From Minisyncoccota bacterium (GTDB lineage Bacteria; Patescibacteriota; Minisyncoccia; Phycocordibacterales; UBA9973): 64,000 nucleotides of DNA. A program made the translations under genes and the position numbers. The notes under the pieces are model-generated. The model saw only the letters and a program-made list of their open reading frames with translations. It was not told where the DNA came from and made no database searches. Shown piece by piece: positions 57,548 through 64,000 of the stretch (its first letter is position 1; each line of letters starts with the position of its first letter). Where the stretch lies: the NCBI GenBank assembly GCA_017991395.1, contig JAGOQQ010000001.1, positions 33,864-97,863 of the forward strand. Direction: 5' to 3'.

Positions 57548-58177
57548 CTAAAAAGTCTGCCCTGTGATAAGCGTGTACAAGAAAAACAAAACCGGTGCAA
57601 TAAATCGCGACAAGAAAAACACCACAAAAAGTAACAACATGAGTGAGTACCGCTCAAGCATATATTCATACTTCTGAAATTTGTCGCCAAGAAGCGAGAA
57701 TAAAATTCGTGAACCATCAAGTGGTGGAACTGGTATTAAGTTGAAGATTGCAAGCACCAAATTGAGACCGACTATTATCTGGAGAATTTCGTATGTACTT
57801 GAATCCGTAATAATGATTCCTTGCGCAATAAGCACACGAGCGAGAATTCCAAATACAAGCGCAATACACATATTTACAATCACACCAGCCGATGCCACAG
57901 CGAGTGTACCCCATCTTTTGTTCCGAAGATTTGCAGGATTGTACGGCACGGGCTTTGCCCAGCCAAACACAAACCCGGCACCAGAGAGAATAAGTATTCC
58001 TGGCAAAATGACTGATCCAAACCATTCAATATGCGAGAGCGGATTGAGAGTCAGGCGCCCTTGATTCTTGGCAGTATTGTCTCCCCAGAGAAACGCGACA
58101 TATCCATGGGCAATTTCATGTATCACAATTGAGAAAATAAGGATAATTATGTAAAAGATTGAAAAAATGAGTGTCAT
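57548..58177 (-). CDS. Site-2-protease-like zinc metallopeptidase (M50 family)
   Basis: HEIAHGYVA (HExxH), NPLSHIE, GWAKPVP, and 4-6 TM helices. Start is probably the Met at 58177. Confidence 0.6.
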   Translation of the reverse strand: MTLIFSIFYIIILIFSIVIHEIAHGYVAFLWGDNTAKNQGRLTLNPLSHIEWFGSVILPGILILSGAGFVFGWAKPVPYNPANLRNKRWGTLAVASAGVIVNMCIALVFGILARVLIAQGIIITDSSTYEILQIIVGLNLVLAIFNLIPVPPLDGSRILFSLLGDKFQKYEYMLERYSLMLLLFVVFFLSRFIAPVLFFLYTLITGQTF

Positions 58178-58245
58178 ATGGATATTTCTTGCGTTGTTAT
58201 AAAATATATGATACCATAACCATACATTTTTAATACACATATTAT

Positions 58246-58491
58246 ATGGCAAAAGTCTGCGAAATTACAGGAAAAAAATCAGTTGTTGCTGGAGCATACT
58301 CCAATCGTGTTCGTGCTACCAAGTTCAACCCTTGTGACACACGACGAAAGTATCCAAATCTTCAATCAAAACGCATCTACGTACCAGAACTCAAAAAGAC
58401 ATTCAATCTCACAATCTCAACTCGTGCAATAAAGACAATCAGTAAAAACGGTGCCTACGCAACTCTCAAAAAAGCTGGAATAATCAAATAA
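58246..58491 (+). CDS. rpmB: 50S ribosomal protein L28
   Basis: MAKVCEITGKKSVVAGAYSNRVRATKFNP... Confidence 0.8.
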   Translation: MAKVCEITGKKSVVAGAYSNRVRATKFNPCDTRRKYPNLQSKRIYVPELKKTFNLTISTRAIKTISKNGAYATLKKAGIIK

Positions 58492-58516
58492 AAAACCGCC
58501 GTACGGCGGTTTTTTA
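58490..58516. terminator. Rho-independent terminator after rpmB
   Basis: aaaaaaccgccgtacggcggtttttt. Confidence 0.6.
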
Positions 58517-58528
58517 ATGCAAATATTA

Positions 58529-59083
58529 CTACCAAATACTTGAAATATAACAATCAGTTATCCCACTAATTCCGTTTGGATTCGTACTAGGATTACTCCA
58601 CCAATTATATGCATAGACCGAAAAACCACCTTCGTAAAAAGCAAAAGGTCCAAAGCCAAACTGGAAACAAGAAAAATTCACGAGATCTGGATTATTTGAT
58701 TGGCCAGTATTTGTCCCCTGCAAAGATGCAACATCATCAACAATTTTCTTAATATTTTCATCCGGTTTTGAACTTACATATTTATCTACATCGATACCAA
58801 ATGCGGTCATCAACTCTTGCTTAGTTCCAGTGACAAAACGAGTCATCTTAATATTTTTCATTGCCGCAACTTGCTCATCAGTAGGAATATTTCTATCATT
58901 AGTACTATCAACATATTGCTGTTGTGACTCAATCGCCTGACCTTGCAAATTTGTATCGTCAACATTGCTCATCATGCCACCCCCAAACACTCCACCAATT
59001 ACAATACCAATTAGCAAAATCAACGCACCGACTATTAGATTGTTTTTTTCTACCCTTGTTCCCACTGTAGAATTTTGTTCCAT
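58529..59083 (-). CDS. Hypothetical N-anchored protein
   Basis: N-terminal TM (LIVGALILLIGIVIGGVFGGG), then a soluble domain. Confidence 0.45.
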   Translation of the reverse strand: MEQNSTVGTRVEKNNLIVGALILLIGIVIGGVFGGGMMSNVDDTNLQGQAIESQQQYVDSTNDRNIPTDEQVAAMKNIKMTRFVTGTKQELMTAFGIDVDKYVSSKPDENIKKIVDDVASLQGTNTGQSNNPDLVNFSCFQFGFGPFAFYEGGFSVYAYNWWSNPSTNPNGISGITDCYISSIW

Positions 59084-59160
59084 ATTTTAATTAATTAAGA
59101 ATAATATACATATAAGTATGAAGTATTTGATTAAAATGTCAAAGGACTAACTGTGAGAAA

Positions 59161-60015
59161 TTATCTTCTCAGTCCAATCGTCTCTCCATTTGTCTCTAGC
59201 GTAATTGATCCCATATCGATGGTGCTAAAATATGGTATTTCAAGTTTCTTTAATCTGTCCATTACTTCCGTGTGTGGATGACCGTACGAATTATTTTTTC
59301 CGGCTGAGATAATCGCGAGTCCTGGATTGGTCGTGGTCAAAAAAGTCTCACTTGAAGATGTGCGTGATCCGTGATGTCCTAGTTTTAATACATCAGTTTT
59401 CAATTGTGATTTATATTTTTTTGATAAATACATTTCTGTCGCAATCGGTGCGTCACCAGTGAGAAGAAATGAAGTGTTTTTGTAAATATACATTCCAACA
59501 ACAGAAGAATTGTTCGTCTCCCAATCTGATACATCCATACCTGGAAAAAGCACTACAAAATACGCTCCATCACCAAAATCCACGACCATATTTTCACGAG
59601 CATACATATGTGGGATTTTTTTCTGTGAAATAGACTGCTCAAGGGATTGATAGACTTTCGACGTCGAGGTGCTTCCTGGTTCGACAAATCCACCAATTTC
59701 AAATATATCTAATACGTCCGACATTCCCCCGATGTGGTCCGCGTCGGGATGTGTGCCTATCACCAAATCAATCGACGTATCAAAAAGTGGCATAATTTCC
59801 GAAAGTATTTCTGACGCATCAGAGCCCCGACCTGCGTCTACAAGAAGTTGTTTACCCGACGGAGATTCAATAAATATCGAGTCGCCCTGCCCTACATCCA
59901 AAAAAGTGACCGTCGATACCTCATTTCTCGCAGTAGAATTTTCGTACCCCACAAGATACAACGTGATGAAAATACTTAGGAAAATTATGACGGCGCGCCG
60001 AAAAAAAGTGTTCAT
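59161..60015 (-). CDS. ComEC-type metallo-beta-lactamase-fold domain protein (free-standing ComEC C-terminal domain)
   Basis: Signal/anchor plus MBL motifs DVGQGDSIFIE, IGTHPDADHIGG and LKLGHHGSRTSSS. Confidence 0.7.
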   Translation of the reverse strand: MNTFFRRAVIIFLSIFITLYLVGYENSTARNEVSTVTFLDVGQGDSIFIESPSGKQLLVDAGRGSDASEILSEIMPLFDTSIDLVIGTHPDADHIGGMSDVLDIFEIGGFVEPGSTSTSKVYQSLEQSISQKKIPHMYARENMVVDFGDGAYFVVLFPGMDVSDWETNNSSVVGMYIYKNTSFLLTGDAPIATEMYLSKKYKSQLKTDVLKLGHHGSRTSSSETFLTTTNPGLAIISAGKNNSYGHPHTEVMDRLKKLEIPYFSTIDMGSITLETNGETIGLRR

Positions 60016-60056
60016 GATATACTTAAAATTGTATCATTATAAGCTCAACATCACAT

Positions 60057-60644
60057 ATGTTTAAAGAAAAATCATTCACATTCAAAGAACTCAGCGGAAT
60101 TTCAGCAAAGAATATCGAGGAACACCTCAAGCTTTATTCGGGATATGTCAAAAACGCAAATACAATCCTCGCTCACATGGACGAACTCGCAAAGGACGGC
60201 GAGAAATATGCGTATGAAATATCTGAACTTCAACGTCGCTTTTCATTCGAATTTGATGGCATGAGAAATCACGAGTATTTCTTTGCCTCACTTGTAGATG
60301 GGCATCACCCTCTAAGTGGAGAATCTGCACTCAAATCAAAAATCGAAGAACAATGGGGATCGTTTGACTCATGGCTAAACCGGTTCAAAACTTTGGCAAT
60401 GACACGAGGTGTGGGATGGGCAGTGCTGTACTTTGATACTCATACCGGCAACCTAGTTCATGCATGGGTTGAAGAACAACACTTGGGACACCTCACAGGA
60501 CTCACTCCTATACTAATGCTTGATATGTGGGAACATGCATACGTGTATGATTTTCCAACATCAGAAAAGAAAAAGTACATTGAAGCTTTTTTTGAAAACC
60601 TCAACTGGGAAGAGATCGAAAAGAATTTTGCGAGTGTAAAGTAA
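60057..60644 (+). CDS. Fe/Mn superoxide dismutase
   Basis: HLKLYSGYVKNAN, GMRNHEYFFASL, and LDMWEHAYVYDF (the DxWEHAYY metal-ligand motif). Confidence 0.8.
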   Translation: MFKEKSFTFKELSGISAKNIEEHLKLYSGYVKNANTILAHMDELAKDGEKYAYEISELQRRFSFEFDGMRNHEYFFASLVDGHHPLSGESALKSKIEEQWGSFDSWLNRFKTLAMTRGVGWAVLYFDTHTGNLVHAWVEEQHLGHLTGLTPILMLDMWEHAYVYDFPTSEKKKYIEAFFENLNWEEIEKNFASVK

Positions 60645-60717
60645 TACTCTACACACTGACGTGCGCGAATACAAAAAAACACACTTTGAGAAATCGAAGT
60701 GTGTTTTTGTATGTATA

Positions 60718-62217
60718 CTATTTTAAATCATGCGGTTCGGCACTCTCTTTCTTTTTGTACCACCATACACACATCGCGACATACCAAAGGAGCACGACTA
60801 CGATTGAAAAGTACGGGATCACGACGTGCGAAAGTGGCGCACCACTCCCCCGTACGGAAATTGAGAGTATGCACGAAAGTATAAAAGATGAGAGTGCGAC
60901 CAATGGAAGCGCGAGTACTGGAAAAATCATAAATATAAATGTCGAGAGCGCACCAAAAAGCATTGAAAGTGGCACGAGTGGTGCAATGAGAACATTTGCA
61001 GGAATCGACACCAATGACACGATGCCCATTTTATATGCAACAAATGGAAGTACAGTGAGATTTGTCGCAATCGTCGCAGAAACAATTTCTTTTAGTCCTT
61101 TGTTTTTTATCCATTTAAACCAAAGTGCCACGAGTGGTGTGACATAGACCAGTCCCACTGTCGCGATAAATGAAAGCTGAAACGACACATCAAATACAAG
61201 TATCCATGGATTTGAAAGTATCATAATCGAACCCGCAATCAAAAGCGCCCGTCCAATATCAAATTCCTTTCCTGTCATTCGTGAAAGGTATGCGAGAAGT
61301 CCCATGATTGTGGCGCGAACAATTGTGGCACCGAGTCCGGTCATTATTGCAAAAAGCACCACCGCAATCGCTCCACCAACAATTCCAAATGTCACTCCAA
61401 GTAGCGGTATCAGTACATACGCAATCGCTTCTGAAATTATTGTGACGTTGTATCCAGAAAGCGCCACAATGTGTATCGTCCCGGTTTTTATAAATGAATC
61501 CTGAAGTTCTTTTGATATTCCACCTCTCTCTCCAATCAAAATACCAAGGAGCAAACCTTGTTCGTCTTTTGCGTGTGAATCTATAATTGTACTTCGAATA
61601 TATTCTTTGATTTTATACAGTGTTTTGAGTACTGGTGAAGCTTTACCTTCACTTAAAAACGTATACTTTGGATATCGTATTTCAAAAAACACCCTTTCCT
61701 TTGCTAAATATCCTGAATAATCAAATATTCTTCCGGTGTCTGTTTCAAACGGTTGCGGGATTATAAAATCGCCTGCAACCTGAAGAATATCGCCGTACTT
61801 CACCTGTACACCCTTGGGTAATGTCACAAGTATTCGAGCCTCATTATATTTTACAATCACCTTTGTATTTGTCTCTCTGTAGTCAGGTGGGGAGATTATT
61901 TGCATCGGAGCATCGACGCGTGGCACTGCACTCAATGATTCAATCACATTTTTTCGATACTCCTTTTCGGAGTGAAATCTAAAAACTGAAAATGAAAGTA
62001 CACACAAACACAGTGCACCCAACAACAAAAATGTTTTCGTTTTTCTAAAAAATGTTCTCACCAGCACGAGTGCGAGTGCCAAGAATATGAGTGGTGTATA
62101 TTTTGGCGTCGAGTAAAACGACTCAGTAAGCACAGCTACAAAAATAGATCCTGCCGAAATCGGCACGATCCATTTCTTCAACGTCACTATTAACCTAGCA
62201 AATTCTTGAGTGTCCAT
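60718..62217 (-). CDS. comEC: ComEC/Rec2 competence channel (membrane domain only: DUF4131 + competence domain)
   Basis: Polytopic membrane protein with the ComEC core (GTIHIVALSGYNVTII). Lacks the C-terminal MBL domain, which is encoded separately at 59161..60015. Confidence 0.7.
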   Translation of the reverse strand: MDTQEFARLIVTLKKWIVPISAGSIFVAVLTESFYSTPKYTPLIFLALALVLVRTFFRKTKTFLLLGALCLCVLSFSVFRFHSEKEYRKNVIESLSAVPRVDAPMQIISPPDYRETNTKVIVKYNEARILVTLPKGVQVKYGDILQVAGDFIIPQPFETDTGRIFDYSGYLAKERVFFEIRYPKYTFLSEGKASPVLKTLYKIKEYIRSTIIDSHAKDEQGLLLGILIGERGGISKELQDSFIKTGTIHIVALSGYNVTIISEAIAYVLIPLLGVTFGIVGGAIAVVLFAIMTGLGATIVRATIMGLLAYLSRMTGKEFDIGRALLIAGSIMILSNPWILVFDVSFQLSFIATVGLVYVTPLVALWFKWIKNKGLKEIVSATIATNLTVLPFVAYKMGIVSLVSIPANVLIAPLVPLSMLFGALSTFIFMIFPVLALPLVALSSFILSCILSISVRGSGAPLSHVVIPYFSIVVVLLWYVAMCVWWYKKKESAEPHDLK

Positions 62218-62927
62218 TCTTGGATAAGATTTTGTTCTTCCTCTTTTGAAAACACTTTCTTGAAGCGTGCTCCTTTTTTTCCCTTCACTCTTTTTTCACA
62301 CTCCGCCCATGACTTGTCCGTATTCACTGTGCTTCCCACCATCGACACATATGAATACGCAGGCTTCGTGCTTGAGCTTGATTTCTTTTTCGTGCTCGTT
62401 TTTTCTGGTGAAAATGACAAGATATTTTTACCAAGCATTTGCTCATACATCGTAAGTGCTCCGGTAAACAGTGCGACTTTTTTCCCATCTGCATACAGTG
62501 TGGCAATCTCATCCGCGCGCTCATTGCCAGTGATTCCCGCGTGCCCTTTTATTTTCTTCCAGACTAGCTTGCTTTTTATGGCTCTCACATCTTGTGCGAG
62601 TAGTTTCCACAAATCTTTGTTTTCAACATCAGTTTTTGTACTCGTTTTCCATCCATTCTTTTCCCATCCATAAACCCATTTTGTAATTCCGTTTATTAAA
62701 TATGAAGAATCTGTATGAATTTCAATTGGGTTATTTTCATTTTTTAAATACATGAGGACATCATGTGCAGACGTCATTTCCATTCTGTTGTTGGTGGTAT
62801 GATCTTCCCTTCCTCCACGTTCAACCACCTTGCCAATATCTGGCATCACAATCACTGCGCCGTATCCCCCTTTCCCTGGATTACCGCGAGAACTTCCATC
62901 AGTAAAGACAACAATTGTAGTATTCAT
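62190..62927 (-). CDS. rnhA: Ribonuclease HI with a C-terminal hybrid-binding-like (Cauli_VI-type) extension
   Basis: MNTTIVVFTDGSSRGNPGKGGYGAV...TNNRMEM...HTDSSYLI...KGHAGITGNERADEIA. The C-terminal YSYVSMVGSTVNTDKSWAECEKRVKGKKGARFKKVFSKEEEQNLIQEW resembles the RNase H1 HBD. Its 3' end overlaps the comEC start. Confidence 0.75.
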   Translation of the reverse strand: MNTTIVVFTDGSSRGNPGKGGYGAVIVMPDIGKVVERGGREDHTTNNRMEMTSAHDVLMYLKNENNPIEIHTDSSYLINGITKWVYGWEKNGWKTSTKTDVENKDLWKLLAQDVRAIKSKLVWKKIKGHAGITGNERADEIATLYADGKKVALFTGALTMYEQMLGKNILSFSPEKTSTKKKSSSSTKPAYSYVSMVGSTVNTDKSWAECEKRVKGKKGARFKKVFSKEEEQNLIQEWTLKNLLG

Positions 62928-62985
62928 TTTTATAGTATAACAAAAAACCACCCGTAGGTGGTTTTTTGTTAATAATTTATCATTT

Positions 62986-64000
62986 TTATTTTGAACGTAT
63001 CCATGTCCACTCTGAAAATCCAACATTTCCCGCATTATCATATGCCTTTGCACGGAATGAGTATGAGGTATTCAAGAGTGTTTGAGGTACTACCCAATCA
63101 CACGTATACGGTGCTGTGGTGTCTGTACATATCAATGCACCAACTCCAGGTGAGATTGCATTTGCTTGTCTAAATTCAACCTTGGTCACACCCACATTGT
63201 CTGATGCATTTGCAGTAAACGTCACAGTAGTTCCTTTGTTGAACTTTGTACCTTTTACCGGTGAGACAATTGCGACTACTGGCAGTGATGTATCAGTAAG
63301 CGTTGTGGTTACATTCACTGTAGCAGGTGGTTGAGATGTGTTGTTTGAAGTGTCTCGAGCCTGTACTCCAAACAGATATGAAGTATTTGGCGAAAGTCCA
63401 CTAATTGTATATGACGTTCCTGGAGCACCTGTTACGTATCGATTTGCACCTGTATTTGAATCTTTCCACACATCATATCCCATCAAGGCAACATTGTCGG
63501 TAGAAGGATTCCAAGAAAGCGTTACAGTCGTGTTTGAAATATTTGTTACCACAAGTCCAGTCACCGCAGTTGGCCACGTTGTATCAACATTGTTCACCGT
63601 GACACTTCGAGGTGATGTTTGAGTAAAGTTTCCCGCTGCATCATATGCTTTTGCATAAAATGTGAATGTTCCATTTGGTGATGATGTTGAATTCCACACA
63701 AATGTATAGTTGTTTGATCCTGCTGATGCACCAGTTCCAAGTACTGTATCATCGCTCTTGTAAAATGTGACTGTTGTCACTCCCACGTTGTCAGTTGCGT
63801 TTGCTGTGAGATTTACTGTTGCTCCTGTCACCGTAGCATTTGACGAAGGCGCACTGATTGAAACTACGGGTGCAGTTGAGTCAACAACAACATTGTTCAC
63901 TACAATAGACACAGGAGCAGACGTTGTAGTATTTCCTGCTGCATCAAATGCTTTTGCAGTAATACTATATGTTCCATTGGTAAGAGTTGTTGTATTAAGT
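62986..64000 (-). CDS. Partial CDS: large surface protein made of bacterial Ig-like (Big) and fibronectin-III-like repeats; continues beyond the right edge
   Basis: Repeated blocks APVVSISAPSSNATVTGATVNLTANATDNVGVTTVTFY... and LPVVAIVSPVKGTKF...ASDNVGVTKVEF. The frame is open through to position 64000. Confidence 0.6.
   Translation of the reverse strand, partial: LNTTTLTNGTYSITAKAFDAAGNTTTSAPVSIVVNNVVVDSTAPVVSISAPSSNATVTGATVNLTANATDNVGVTTVTFYKSDDTVLGTGASAGSNNYTFVWNSTSSPNGTFTFYAKAYDAAGNFTQTSPRSVTVNNVDTTWPTAVTGLVVTNISNTTVTLSWNPSTDNVALMGYDVWKDSNTGANRYVTGAPGTSYTISGLSPNTSYLFGVQARDTSNNTSQPPATVNVTTTLTDTSLPVVAIVSPVKGTKFNKGTTVTFTANASDNVGVTKVEFRQANAISPGVGALICTDTTAPYTCDWVVPQTLLNTSYSFRAKAYDNAGNVGFSEWTWIRSK

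Overview
This is a low-GC (about 38-40%), gene-dense bacterial chromosome segment. Almost every gene is on the minus strand. The gene content and non-coding features fit a reduced-genome, CPR/Patescibacteria-like organism, although I cannot prove the taxon. Supporting features are the many small N-terminally anchored hypothetical proteins, the absence of Shine-Dalgarno sequences, a 23S rRNA interrupted by ORF-less insertions, and a 23S-tRNA-like-5S unit with no 16S gene.

The core of the window is the str/S10/spc ribosomal-protein supercluster: rpsL-rpsG ... fusA ... tuf-rpsJ-rplCDWB ... rpsS-rplV-rpsC-rplP-rpmC-rpsQ-rplNXE, plus a separate rplJ-rplL pair. The cluster is unusual in three ways. 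Small unknown-gene cassettes are inserted between rpsG/fusA, fusA/tuf and rplB/rpsS. The operon stops after rplE. It is punctuated by repeated hairpin and terminator elements.

Other confident calls are nirK (copper nitrite reductase), tag, htpX, lemA, a DUF2207 protein, secD/secF, a PAP2 phosphatase, a SEDS (RodA/FtsW) protein, a GT4 glycosyltransferase, Fe/Mn superoxide dismutase, rpmB, a split ComEC (channel and MBL domains as separate genes), RNase HI, a 1385-aa NHL-repeat surface protein, and a DoxX protein with a metallothionein-like Cys tail.

The most interesting non-coding signals are:
- a ~110-nt element present twice (2553-2663 and 27546-27655) with a nearly identical core and fully compensatory stems;
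- tandem duplications of the 3' ends of htpX and rpsG, including a triplicated terminator;
- a hairpin 5'-UTR family abutting the start codons of rplJ, rplE and rplX;
- a near-identical 20-22-bp-stem palindromic terminator after both fusA and rplE;
- a heptamer microsatellite immediately upstream of a start codon;
- a dispersed GC-rich 21-nt motif.

I found no CRISPR array, transposase or integrase.
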